This document shows, piece by piece, positions 50,849 through 63,126 of a DNA stretch of 64,000 bases. The DNA lies in contig CAIKAP010000081.1 in the NCBI GenBank assembly GCA_903825435.1, positions 13,118-77,117 of the forward strand, read 5' to 3'. Made by a program: the position numbers and the translations under genes. The notes under the pieces were generated by a model. That model did not search any database, had not been told where the DNA came from, and saw only the letters and a program-made list of their open reading frames with translations. Every line of letters begins with the position of its first letter. Within the stretch, counting starts at the first letter, position 1. This DNA is from an uncultured Verrucomicrobiota bacterium (GTDB taxonomy: Bacteria > Verrucomicrobiota > Verrucomicrobiia > Palsa-1439).

Positions 50849-51277
50849 ATGAAGTATCGTATACTCATCACCGCCCTCGCGTTGGCCCTGATCACCGGGA
50901 TCAGCGTCCGCGCCGAAGATCAACCTGCCGCCAAGCCCGGCCACGAAGGCCACCATCGTCCGATGGGCTTCCTCCCGCCGCCCATGGTGGAGAAACTCAC
51001 TGTCGATCAGAAGACCAAGTACGACGCCATCGTCGCGGACTTCCAAAAAGACACTCCAGATCTGCGTGAAAAGATGAAAGCTGCCCGTGAGGCCAAGGAC
51101 GAGGCAAAGATCAAAGAGCTGCGCGAGCAGATGGCGCCTTTCTTCAAAGCCGCCATGGGGAAAGTCATGGATATCCTCACCGACGAGCAGAAGGCCGAAC
51201 TCAAGAAGATGCGCGAACAGCGCGGCGGCCAACACGGCGGCGCTCACGGAAAGCCTGCCGTTGCCCCGCAGCAATGA
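50849..51277 (+). CDS. Spy/CpxP-family periplasmic protein (LTxxQ motifs)
   Basis: signal peptide MKYRILITALALALITGISVRA; LTVDQ and LTDEQ motifs; 142 aa. Confidence 0.65.
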   Translation: MKYRILITALALALITGISVRAEDQPAAKPGHEGHHRPMGFLPPPMVEKLTVDQKTKYDAIVADFQKDTPDLREKMKAAREAKDEAKIKELREQMAPFFKAAMGKVMDILTDEQKAELKKMREQRGGQHGGAHGKPAVAPQQ

Positions 51278-51338
51278 CCGTCACAACCGTCTAACCCACG
51301 CGACGAACACACCATTCCTGACGTTACGTGGCGGAAAA

Positions 51339-51413
51339 GTCGAACGCGTCGCCTCGAGCGAAAACTCCGGGAGCAAAGCTTGGAACCTCTCGGCGACGCG
51401 TTCATTTTTCTCC
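51339..51413 (+). terminator. long-stem hairpin followed by T-run (terminator-like or structured RNA)
   Basis: GAACGCGTCGCC (51342-51353) pairs with GGCGACGCGTTC (51392-51403), 38-nt loop, then ATTTTTCTCC. Confidence 0.4.
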
Positions 51414-51787
51414 GTCTTCACTTTTGCACGTGCTGTAGACCGGCGCGCCAAAGTCTTCCCGTCACAACCACGCGCTCACGAACCGCAACGACGACGAACG
51501 CGCCCGTTTCATTCACCACTGGGTGCGGAGCCGTCTTCAGGAAGAAAAACTAGTGCAAACCCAGCTTGATGATCTCGCCCACCACCGGCCGTGGCAACTT
51601 CTACGCCTGTCCAGACAATAAAAACCACAGAGCCAGTTACTGTTGCGGACAACCATAGAGCAACTCTGTTACCAATGCCTGATCCGTCGCCGACAACGCC
51701 GCCTTCGCGTGAGTTTACGTCGCGAAGTTAACACAATCCGCTTGCCTTTGACCAGCGACGACCTAACATATGCGCCTGCGAGTCCTT

Positions 51788-53191
51788 ATGTCGTCAATCC
51801 CCAACATTCTGGCAATCGTCGGCCGTCCCAACGTCGGGAAGAGTGCGCTTTTCAACCGCATCGTCGGGCGCCGCATCTCCATCGTTCATGAACAAGCCGG
51901 TGTCACCCGCGACCGCGTCAGCGCCACCGCCCGCTGGAACGACAAAACCTTCGAGGTCATCGACACCGGCGGCATCGCCTTCATGGACGACGAGAAAACC
52001 GGCGATGTGATCGCTACCGCCACGCGTCGCCAGGCCGAGGTCGCCATCGAGATGGCCAACGCCCTCATCCTCGTCGTGGATGTGATGGAGGGCCTCACGC
52101 CGCTTGACCGCGAAATCGCCCGCAAGCTCCGCACCAGCGGCAAAAAAGTTTTCCTTGCCGTCAACAAAGTGGACAACAATACCCGCGTGCGCGGTGCCGA
52201 CGAGTTCGCTGAGCTAGGGTTCGATCCTCTCTTTCCCATCGCCGCCATCCACGGCCTCGGTGTCGAGTCGCTCGTCACTGCGGCCACGGAGGACTTTGTT
52301 TCGGCCACCGCGACAGAGACGGCTCCGCCGACGCGGATCGCGATCGTTGGGCGGCCCAACGTTGGTAAATCATCGCTCATCAACGCCATTCTCCAAAGTG
52401 AACGCACCATCGTCAGCGAGATTGCCGGCACCACGCGCGATTCCGTAGACGCGCCGTTTACGCTTGGCGATAAACCGTACATCCTTGTGGACACCGCGGG
52501 CCTGCGTCACAAGCGCAAGATCGCGTCGTCGGTGGATCAGTTCGGCCTGATGCGCGCCGAGCGCAGCATCCGAGAGTGCGACGTTGCGGTGCTCATCCTC
52601 GACGCGATTGACGGCGTGACGAAGCAGGACAAGAAAATTGCCGGACAAATTCGTGAAGCCAATCGCTCGTGCGTGATCCTCGTCAACAAGTGGGACCTCG
52701 CAGCAGACGAAGATCGTCGAACAAAAAAAACATTTCGGGAGAAATACCTGGCGGCGCTGCATAAGGAGTTGTTTTTCCTGGACTGGGCGCCGGTGTTGTT
52801 CGTGTCGGCGAAGACCGGGCAAAGTGTTCCGGATTTGTTCCGGCAGGTGGCGATCATCGAGAACGAGATGCACCGGCACATCGACACGCCGGAGTTGAAC
52901 CGCATGCTGTCGCGCGCGACGCAATCGTATCCGGCGCCGCATGTCGGCGGGCATCGGTTCAAGATTTACTACGCCTTTCAAAAACCGGGAGCGCCGCCGA
53001 TGTTCACGCTGTTTGTGAACGACGAGCACAGCCTGACGCAACATTACGAGCGGTTTTTGGTGGACCGGATCCGTGCGGCGTGGGGTTTCACGGGCTGTCC
53101 GGTGCGACTACAATTGCGTCAGCGTGAGCGCCGGCCGTTTGTGCGCGGCTCCGGAGAAAAAAAGTTTCGTTCCCGAGAAGATTTTTCTTGA
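51788..53191 (+). CDS. der: ribosome-associated GTPase Der (EngA), tandem GTP-binding domains + KH-like domain
   Basis: two G1 boxes GRPNVGKS, DTGG/DTAG, NKVD/NKWD; start at MSSIPNILAIVG. Confidence 0.9.
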   Translation: MSSIPNILAIVGRPNVGKSALFNRIVGRRISIVHEQAGVTRDRVSATARWNDKTFEVIDTGGIAFMDDEKTGDVIATATRRQAEVAIEMANALILVVDVMEGLTPLDREIARKLRTSGKKVFLAVNKVDNNTRVRGADEFAELGFDPLFPIAAIHGLGVESLVTAATEDFVSATATETAPPTRIAIVGRPNVGKSSLINAILQSERTIVSEIAGTTRDSVDAPFTLGDKPYILVDTAGLRHKRKIASSVDQFGLMRAERSIRECDVAVLILDAIDGVTKQDKKIAGQIREANRSCVILVNKWDLAADEDRRTKKTFREKYLAALHKELFFLDWAPVLFVSAKTGQSVPDLFRQVAIIENEMHRHIDTPELNRMLSRATQSYPAPHVGGHRFKIYYAFQKPGAPPMFTLFVNDEHSLTQHYERFLVDRIRAAWGFTGCPVRLQLRQRERRPFVRGSGEKKFRSREDFS

Positions 53192-53269
53192 AACCACAAC
53201 TAATGGTGTTATACGGTCACGTTCGTCGCAATTACGTGGGGTGGGGAACCTCGCTGAAGTTTAACCGCA

Positions 53270-56200
53270 GTGAATTATTTTTATCCGGTGCGTTGCACGC
53301 GCAAGGAGGGAACAGTGATTACAGTAAGAGAGAATTCGGGGCGCCTTTCTGTGAATAAGGCGAAACAAGTACGTAAAGAAATCGTGACAGAAGTCGTCGC
53401 CGGCAACGGCACGGCCAATGGGAAGCGTAACAAACGCGTCGTTCAGGCCACTTCGCCAAGGAGAAGTGGCCTGACCGTCCCACACGTGTTCAGCCGGCCC
53501 GGCGTCCATCCGTTCGACGAGATGGAGTGGGATCGCCGTACCGCTGAGATTACCGACGATGCCGGCAAGACAATTTTCCGGCAAGAGAACGTCGAGGTAC
53601 CGAAGAATTGGTCGGTGCTCGCCACGAAGGTGGTCGTCTCGAAATATTTTTATGGCGAGAACGGCACCGCCGAGCGCGAGCAGAGCGTCAAGCAGTTGGT
53701 TCACCGCGTCACGCGCACCATCGCCGATTGGGGAAAAGGCGACGGCTATTTCGCGAGCGAGAAAGACGCGGAGACTTTTTGCAACGAGCTGACGTGGCTG
53801 TGTGTAAATCAGTACGGCTCGTTTAATTCGCCGGTCTGGTTCAACTGCGGCCTGCATCATATTTACGGCGTCGGCAAAAACAGCAGCGCCGGTAATCTGC
53901 ACTGGGACCCGTCGGCGAAGACAATTCAGCGCGCGCCGACGCAGTACGAATTCCCGCAATGTTCGGCCTGTTTCATCCAGTCGGTCGGCGACACGATGGA
54001 AGACATCATGGAACTCGCCCGCAGTGAGGCGATGCTTTTCAAATACGGCAGCGGCACCGGCACCGATCTCTCAACGTTGCGCAGCAAACGCGAAAAACTT
54101 TCCGGCGGCGGCCGCCCGAGCGGCCCGATGTCGTTCCTGAAAGTTTATGATGCCATCGCCAGCGTCGTGAAGTCCGGCGGCAAGACGCGCCGCGCGGCGA
54201 AGATGAACACGTTGAAAGTCTGGCATCCGGACATCAAGGATTTCATCGAGGCGAAATTGAAAGAAGAGCGCAAAGCACGGTCGCTGATTGATCAAGGCTA
54301 CGCTGGCGATTTTAACGGCGACGCGTACGGTTCCGTCGCGTTCCAAAATGAAAATCTCACCGTGCGCGTGAGCGACGATTTCATGCGCTCCGTACTCGAC
54401 GACAAGGATTGGACGACGCATTGGGTCACCAACGCGAACAAACCCGGTCCGACGTACAAAGCGCGCGAACTGATGCTCGGTATCGCCGAGGGTACGTGGA
54501 CTTGCGGCGATCCCGGCTGCCAGTACGAAGATACAATCCAGCGTTGGCACACTTGCAAGCACACCGCGCCGATCAATTCCTCGAATCCGTGCAGCGAGTA
54601 CATGTTCCTCGACAACTCCGCCTGCAATCTCGCGTCGTTGAACCTGATGAAATTCCTCCGCGACGACGGTAGCTTCGATGTCGAGCGTTACAAAGCGGCG
54701 GTGGAAATTTTTATCACCGCGCAGGAAATTCTCGTGGATCACTCCAGTTATCCGACCGAACAGATCGCGATGAACAGCCATCTGTTCCGCCCGCTCGGCC
54801 TCGGCTACGCCAATCTCGGTTGCCTGCTCATGGCGCTCGGCTTGCCGTACGACAGCGACGAAGGCCGCACGATCGCGGGCGCGCTCACCGCGATCCTGCA
54901 CCTGCACGCCTACACGCAATCGGCGCGTCTCGCCGAGAATGTCGGCACGTTTGAAGGATTTTTCGCCAATCGCGAGCCGATGCTTCAGGTTGTCGAAATG
55001 CACCGCGACAGCGTTAAACGTATCCACGTCAGTTGCCCCGACTATCTCCGCGCCGCGGCGCAACGTTGTGGCGACGAAGCCGTCGAACTCGGACGCCGCT
55101 CCGGCTACCGCAACGCGCAAGTCACCGTACTCGCCCCGACCGGCACCATCGCGTTCATGATGGATTGCGACACCACCGGCGTCGAGCCGGACATCGCGCT
55201 CGTAAAATACAAACTTCTCGCTGGCGGCGGCATGCTCAAGATCGTCAACCGCACCGTGCCGATGGCGTTGCGCAAACTTGGCTACAGCGCCGTCGAAATC
55301 GAAGCGATTGATAAATTTATCGAGGACAACGACACCATCGAAGGCTCGCCCGGCTTGAAGGACGAACACCTCCCGATTTTCGATTGCGCGTTCCGTCCCG
55401 CCAAAGGCAAACGCAGCATCCAATACATGGCGCACCTGCGAATGATGTCGGCGGTGCAGCCATTCATCAGCGGCGCGATTTCCAAGACGGTCAACATGCC
55501 GCAGGAATCCACCGTCGAAGACATCATGCAGACCTACATCGAAGGATGGAAGCTCGGCCTCAAAGCCGTCGCCATTTATCGCGACGGTTCCAAATATTCC
55601 CAACCGCTGAACACATCGAAGGGCGGCAACAACGGCGGCGCCAAAGCCGAAGCCGAGGCGGCCAAAAACGAAATCGAGATGCTCAACGCGCGCGTCCTCG
55701 AACTCGAAAAAGAAATCCAGGAACTCCGCCTGCGCGAAGCCACGCCGATCCGGCATCGTCTGCCCGACACGCGCCGCGCCATCACGCACAAGTTCGACAT
55801 CGCCGGACACGAAGGCTACATCACCGTCGGCCTTTACGAGGACGGCACGCCCGGCGAGCTGTTCATCACGATGGCCAAGGAAGGTTCGACCATCGGCGGA
55901 CTCATGGACACCATCGGCACGCTTGTCAGCCTCACGTTCCAATACGGTGTCCCGCTCGACACGCTCGTCAAGAAATTCGCCCACCAACGGTTCGAGCCGA
56001 GCGGATTCACCAAGAACACCGACATTCCGATCGCCAAATCCATCATCGATTATTTGTTCCGTTGGCTCGGCTGCCAGTTCATCCTCGGCTATCGCGAAGA
56101 GAATTCGCCCGCCGTCCAGCCCGAGTTGCCATTGAAGGAAATCGCCGAACAGGAAAAGAAGGCCCTCAACAAGCCGGTGCAGGAACTCGAAAAGACCGGC

Positions 56201-56392
56201 GAAGAACAGCCGACTGTAGTCGCGGGGCCGTCCGCGCGTCCCTCCGGGCTGTCGGCGGTGCAGGCGTTGAGCCGGACCGTCCAGCATTTCATGCAGGACG
56301 CGCCGACCTGCGACACCTGCGGCGCGATTACCGTCCGCAACGGCGCCTGCTACAAATGCCTGAATTGCGGCGCCTCCATGGGCTGCTCGTAA
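53270..56392 (+). CDS. nrdJ: adenosylcobalamin-dependent (class II) ribonucleotide reductase
   Basis: 1040 aa; RNR core motifs; C-terminal zinc ribbon CDTCGAITVRNGACYKCLNCG; exact start uncertain. Confidence 0.8.
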   Translation: MNYFYPVRCTRKEGTVITVRENSGRLSVNKAKQVRKEIVTEVVAGNGTANGKRNKRVVQATSPRRSGLTVPHVFSRPGVHPFDEMEWDRRTAEITDDAGKTIFRQENVEVPKNWSVLATKVVVSKYFYGENGTAEREQSVKQLVHRVTRTIADWGKGDGYFASEKDAETFCNELTWLCVNQYGSFNSPVWFNCGLHHIYGVGKNSSAGNLHWDPSAKTIQRAPTQYEFPQCSACFIQSVGDTMEDIMELARSEAMLFKYGSGTGTDLSTLRSKREKLSGGGRPSGPMSFLKVYDAIASVVKSGGKTRRAAKMNTLKVWHPDIKDFIEAKLKEERKARSLIDQGYAGDFNGDAYGSVAFQNENLTVRVSDDFMRSVLDDKDWTTHWVTNANKPGPTYKARELMLGIAEGTWTCGDPGCQYEDTIQRWHTCKHTAPINSSNPCSEYMFLDNSACNLASLNLMKFLRDDGSFDVERYKAAVEIFITAQEILVDHSSYPTEQIAMNSHLFRPLGLGYANLGCLLMALGLPYDSDEGRTIAGALTAILHLHAYTQSARLAENVGTFEGFFANREPMLQVVEMHRDSVKRIHVSCPDYLRAAAQRCGDEAVELGRRSGYRNAQVTVLAPTGTIAFMMDCDTTGVEPDIALVKYKLLAGGGMLKIVNRTVPMALRKLGYSAVEIEAIDKFIEDNDTIEGSPGLKDEHLPIFDCAFRPAKGKRSIQYMAHLRMMSAVQPFISGAISKTVNMPQESTVEDIMQTYIEGWKLGLKAVAIYRDGSKYSQPLNTSKGGNNGGAKAEAEAAKNEIEMLNARVLELEKEIQELRLREATPIRHRLPDTRRAITHKFDIAGHEGYITVGLYEDGTPGELFITMAKEGSTIGGLMDTIGTLVSLTFQYGVPLDTLVKKFAHQRFEPSGFTKNTDIPIAKSIIDYLFRWLGCQFILGYREENSPAVQPELPLKEIAEQEKKALNKPVQELEKTGEEQPTVVAGPSARPSGLSAVQALSRTVQHFMQDAPTCDTCGAITVRNGACYKCLNCGASMGCS

Positions 56393-56393
56393 C

Positions 56394-57113
56394 CTACTTC
56401 ACCGCGCAGACAAAAATCTTGTACGGCAACGCCGGCGTTTCCCAGTCGGTAAAAATCTCTGCGACCCGCGCGGTCCTCGCGTCCGACAGCCGGTAGCGCC
56501 GCGCGAGTTCGGCGACCGTCAACGGCAACGGCGGTGCGTCGCCCGCCGACGTCGCCGGCAACCCGGCCTCGGACAGGTGATGGCGCAACTCGCGGCTCGT
56601 CGGCAACCATTTACCCGTTTTCATCAACGCGTACGTCCGGTTCGAGTATTCCGCCTCGCGCCGGCGCGGGAAACAGACCGTCTGGTGCACGAACCGCTCG
56701 CCCGGCCGCATCTGCCGGCGCAGGTGACGCAGCAGCGGCAGCAGGCCGTCGCGCCCGGCGTAGTGCAACACCGAGCGCATCACGAACAACACCGGCCCGC
56801 GCGCCCGCAGGTCGGCGCGGCGAAATTCCTCGACGGATTTATGGAGTTGCTCGATGCGGTGGTGGTTTACGACTGCCAGTTGCGCGGGCGAGGCGTCGAG
56901 GTTGATCAGCCGGAACATTTCCGGAACATTTGACCGCGCCAACTCGGAGAGGATGAAACCGGTGCCGCCGCCGAGATCAACGACGGTTGTCGCGTTCCCG
57001 ATGGCGCGACGGATAGCGGCGATGAGTGGACGCGCCGCGTTGCGGTTGGAGAAATAACCTTCGTGGACGGAGTGCCAGGTGTCGCCGTAAACGTGTTCGT
57101 GGTGCGCCGGCAC
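56394..57113 (-). CDS. class I SAM-dependent methyltransferase (small-molecule/protein type)
   Basis: VVDLGGGTGFIL motif; 239 aa; contains in-frame GTTCCGG element at 56910-56929. Confidence 0.65.
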   Translation of the reverse strand: MPAHHEHVYGDTWHSVHEGYFSNRNAARPLIAAIRRAIGNATTVVDLGGGTGFILSELARSNVPEMFRLINLDASPAQLAVVNHHRIEQLHKSVEEFRRADLRARGPVLFVMRSVLHYAGRDGLLPLLRHLRRQMRPGERFVHQTVCFPRRREAEYSNRTYALMKTGKWLPTSRELRHHLSEAGLPATSAGDAPPLPLTVAELARRYRLSDARTARVAEIFTDWETPALPYKIFVCAVK

Positions 57114-57116
57114 GGC

Positions 57117-58490
57117 TCAGTTCCGCAGCGATTGGATCGGCGCGGGGATGCGGCCGCCGAGACGGACGAACGCGGCGCTGGCGCCGGTGTTGCGAATTTC
57201 CATCACCGTCGCGGAGCCGAACAGGCCGCCGAACTCGACCAGCTCGCCCGTCTTCGCGCCGGGCACGGGAATCAGGCGGACGCCGGTGGTTTTGTTGTTC
57301 ATGACGCCGATGGCCATCTCGTCGGCGATGATGGCGGAGATCGTCTCGGCGGGTGTGTCGCCCGGGATGGCGATCATGTCGAGGCCGACGGAACAGACAC
57401 TGGTCATCGCTTCGAGTTTCTCCAGCGTCAGGTGACCTTTCGCGGCGGCGTCGGCAAGCGCGCTGTCTTCGCTGACGGGAATAAACGCGCCGCTCATGCC
57501 GCCGACGGAACTCGACGCGAATGCGCCACCTTTCTTGACGGCGTCGGTCAACATCGCGACGGCGGCGGTCGAGCCGGGGGCGCCGATCTTCTCGATGCCG
57601 AGCGTGCGGAGGATTTCGCCGACGCTGTCGCCGACTTCCGGCGTCGGGGCGAGCGAGAGGTCAACGATGCCGAACGGCACGCCGAGTTCGGCGGCGACTT
57701 CGCGCCCGATGAGTTCGCCGACGCGAGTGACGCGGAAACTGGTGATTTTGATTTCCTCGGCGAGGTCGCCAAGCGTCAGCGGTCCGCCAAGCTGGATGCG
57801 GCGGTGCAACGCGCTGCTGACGACGCCGGGACCGGAGACGCCGATGTTGATGGTCGCCTCGGCTTCGCCTTCGCCATGGTATGCACCCGCCATGAACGGG
57901 TTGTCCTCGGGGATGTTCGAGAAAATGACGAGCTTGGCGCAGCCGAACCCGCGCTGCGCTGCCGTGGCCGCGGCGATCTTCAGGAGGATCTCGCCCATCT
58001 GGCGGACGGCGTCCATGTTGATGCCCGCACGGTGGCTGGCGACGTTGACGGAGGCGCAAACGCGCTGTGTGGAGGAAAGGACTTGCGGCAGGCTTTCCAT
58101 GACGATGGCGTCGCCGCCGCTGATGCCTTTCTGTACGAGCGCGGTGAAACCGCCGACGAGGTTGATGTTGCACTCCTTCGCGGCGTCGTCGAGCGTTTGC
58201 GCGAGACGCAACGCGGCGCCGTGGCCATGTCCGGCTAGGAGATGCGAGGCAGGAGAGATGGCGAGGCGTTTGTTGGTGACGGGAATGCCGTACTTGCCGC
58301 CGACGCGGTCGCAGGTGCGCACGAGCGTCGAGGCGTGGCGGAGGATTTTCTCGCGGAGCTTCCGGCAGACGTTGTCCACGCTGGAAGCGGCGCAATCGTT
58401 GACGTTCAGGCCGAGCGTCACGGTGCGGACGTCGAGGTGCTCGGCGTGCAACATCTGGATGGTCGAAAGAATTTCGTCGGTGCGGAGCAT
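57117..58490 (-). CDS. UPF0210/DUF711 (PFL-like) family protein
   Basis: 457 aa; N-terminus ILSTIQMLHAEHLDVRTVTLGLNV typical of UPF0210. Confidence 0.6.
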   Translation of the reverse strand: MLRTDEILSTIQMLHAEHLDVRTVTLGLNVNDCAASSVDNVCRKLREKILRHASTLVRTCDRVGGKYGIPVTNKRLAISPASHLLAGHGHGAALRLAQTLDDAAKECNINLVGGFTALVQKGISGGDAIVMESLPQVLSSTQRVCASVNVASHRAGINMDAVRQMGEILLKIAAATAAQRGFGCAKLVIFSNIPEDNPFMAGAYHGEGEAEATINIGVSGPGVVSSALHRRIQLGGPLTLGDLAEEIKITSFRVTRVGELIGREVAAELGVPFGIVDLSLAPTPEVGDSVGEILRTLGIEKIGAPGSTAAVAMLTDAVKKGGAFASSSVGGMSGAFIPVSEDSALADAAAKGHLTLEKLEAMTSVCSVGLDMIAIPGDTPAETISAIIADEMAIGVMNNKTTGVRLIPVPGAKTGELVEFGGLFGSATVMEIRNTGASAAFVRLGGRIPAPIQSLRN

Positions 58491-58768
58491 GCGGGCAACA
58501 TTCTAGGGACGAAGCCGGCACGAGACAAGCGCCGAAATCGGCCTTGTGTCACCGCTGCTGGGCGCGCTAGGGCAGTTCCAAACAGCCCGCATGGAGGGCG
58601 GCAACTCACCATTTGTGCATCGCTGGTCGTGCGGCTTGACTCCGAATTGGTTTTTGCACAGAATCCGCATTCGAAAGGAAAGAGAACGTGCCCAGAGGAG
58701 AATATCGCAAGCGTCACGAACGCTTCGGGCTGTCAGCCGAGGTTCAGGACTCCCCCCTTACCCCCTCC

Positions 58769-59392
58769 CTACTGGCGCCCATGCGACGCCTCTGCTGAAA
58801 AGCAATTTCCTATCAGTTGGCCTCCGGGGAGGCGGAGTTGGTTGGTGGCGACGAAGATGTTCTCGTGCTGGACGCGCGCGCTAAAACCTTCCTCGCGTCC
58901 CATCTCATCGAGGTCGGCCTGCAGGAGCGCCAGTTCCCAGCGTTTCGGAATCTCGACCTGCGCCGTCAACACGAAGTCCTCGCCTGCGCAATCCCAGTAG
59001 AGGTCCACGATGTTGATGTCCTTACCGGCGAGGTACTGGCTGAACCGGTGAATGATGCCGGGTTTGTCCTTGCCGAGAGCGGTGATGACGAACCGTTCAC
59101 CCATTTTGTGTTCGACTGGTGTAACGGGCGCCGCGTACGGCCGGGCTGCGACTTCCAACGCGCCGCCCGGTGGCGCCGCTTTCTGGATGCGCACGACGAT
59201 GTCCTGCGCCGCGACGGTTTTCGGAAAGCTGACAACGAGGATTTGCGTGAAATAGCCGCCGAGCACGGTCTGCGAACAGGCGTCGATGTTGCCGCCGAGC
59301 GCGACGATGACGCCACTGACCGCCGCGATGATGCCGGGGCGGTCGTCGGCCATCACGTTGAGGACGTACGCATGTTCAAAGCGGGTCTTCAT
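58769..59392 (-). CDS. tandem ACT-domain protein (GcvR/UPF0237-like)
   Basis: two ACT repeats (HAYVLNVMADDRPGIIAAVSGV; RFVITALGKDKPGIIHRFSQY); start at MKTRFEHAY. Confidence 0.6.
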   Translation of the reverse strand: MKTRFEHAYVLNVMADDRPGIIAAVSGVIVALGGNIDACSQTVLGGYFTQILVVSFPKTVAAQDIVVRIQKAAPPGGALEVAARPYAAPVTPVEHKMGERFVITALGKDKPGIIHRFSQYLAGKDINIVDLYWDCAGEDFVLTAQVEIPKRWELALLQADLDEMGREEGFSARVQHENIFVATNQLRLPGGQLIGNCFSAEASHGRQ

Positions 59393-59484
59393 TGGAAATG
59401 TTACACATTCTAGCGCAAGAGCGACAGGAAGGGAAGCGTATCGGAGGTTGTAGTCGCTGCGCCATCCCTGCACGCCGATGGTGG

Positions 59485-59835
59485 CTACGACGATGATGAA
59501 AGCTCAATCAGCAAGAAAATGAGTGCGATAACAAGCTCGATGATTCCGATGATTATAAACCACGTCAGAACCTTTCTCCGGATCCAAACAAGCGCGGATT
59601 CCAGCCAACGTGGATAAAAAACGGCCCATAAGAATAGGATTGTCGCAAATAGGAAAAGCGTTCCGAAAAACTCCAGCAAGAGAAACCGACCTGCTATTCC
59701 TTCCGGGCTAGTTGCCTCCTGTTTATACAGGAAGTAGGACAAGCCTCCGAGGACACAGGCAATCAGTGGAGTAAACAACGCCAGCAACCAACGATCACCT
59801 GTACTGAGTTCGATGTTGGAGCGGTCCGACAGCAT
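59485..59835 (-). CDS. small membrane protein (3-4 TM), hypothetical
   Basis: 116 aa, hydrophobic segments, lower GC than flanks. Confidence 0.4.
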   Translation of the reverse strand: MLSDRSNIELSTGDRWLLALFTPLIACVLGGLSYFLYKQEATSPEGIAGRFLLLEFFGTLFLFATILFLWAVFYPRWLESALVWIRRKVLTWFIIIGIIELVIALIFLLIELSSSS

Positions 59836-59848
59836 CCAATCAACGTCC

Positions 59849-62040
<2,192 letters not shown>

Positions 62041-62050
<10 letters not shown>

Positions 62051-63117
62051 GACAGCAGCACCCGTATGCCCTTGAGAATATCCACGGCACGTTGGAGGAC
62101 GACGTCGCGGACGGACGTGTCCTTGGATTTATCGGAGTCGGCGCCGTTGGTCTTGTTGGTGGACGATTTGACGCCGGGCAGATCGAGCGATTCGCCGCGG
62201 TGATATTTCACGAGGTCGGCTTCGGTCATCATCTTGTGGGTCTGCTCGGCGGTGAGACTGGCGGTGAGCGTCATGTTGGTCGAGTTCAACATCGCATTCT
62301 GCTCGGCCTTGGCGTCAATCTTCACAGGCACATCTGGCGTGATACCGCCGGGAAACATGTTGCCCTTGGGCAACTCAATCTTGGCGGCGGCGATGCGCAG
62401 TACGCGTCCGTCGGAGAGCGGCAGGTCCTCCCAAACGAGCGCGTCACCAGAGGTGGCAGCGCCGATAACGATACCACGGTCCTGGGCGCGCAACGCGCCG
62501 GCGAGCACCTCGGCGGCGCCGCGCGTGCAATGGTTCACAAGAATCATCAGCGGCGCGTCAGCCATGTTGGCGCTAGCGCGCGTGTCGGAACGGAAAGGCA
62601 CGGGCGGTTTGTCGGAAGACTTGATGGTGAACAAATCCTGGCCATCGCGCAGGAAACGGCCAGCCAGCGCGGCGGCGGCAGCGTAGTTGGTGCCATCGGC
62701 GAACCGCAGGTCGAGCACGTAGCCCGTCACGCGTGCCGCGGCAAACTTCGTCAGTTCGGCGTCGAGTTCCGACACCGCAGCCTGCTCAACATCGGCCAGC
62801 CGGATGTAGCCGATCTTCGGGTTAATCACTTCCGCACGCGCCAACCGCTGTCCAGTTTGGGCGCAGGCTTCGATCGCGGGGACTTTAGATTTTGCCTCCT
62901 CGGCGGTGAGCAGTTGCGCGCCAGCGCCGAGCGCCTTCAATAGGCCGGTAATCGTGGCGTCGCCGAGCTGTTTCCCGTCGAGCTGGCCCGCGTCGACGTA
63001 ATGAGATTTGAGCAAGCCGATGATCTCGGTCGTCTGCTTCAACTCGACGTCGTTGTCATCGGCGATGCAACCGACCGCCGCCAGTCCGATGGAAAATCCA
63101 ACGAGTAACTTCTTCAT
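62041..63117 (-). CDS. S41-family (C-terminal processing) peptidase, lipoprotein-like
   Basis: signal peptide + Cys (LAAVGCIA); [17 protein letters not shown] and GAATSGDA motifs; 3' end overlaps the fusion ORF start by 10 nt. Confidence 0.6.
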
Positions 63118-63126
63118 AATTCCTTC

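Noticed and set aside
53192-53270. Possible NrdR-box pair (CCACAACTAATGGTGTT ... CACGTTCGTCGCAATTACGTG) upstream of nrdJ
   Set aside because: Only a loose resemblance to the ACAC-N8-GTGT NrdR consensus and no properly spaced second box. No nrdR gene is in the window, so it is not reported as a feature.
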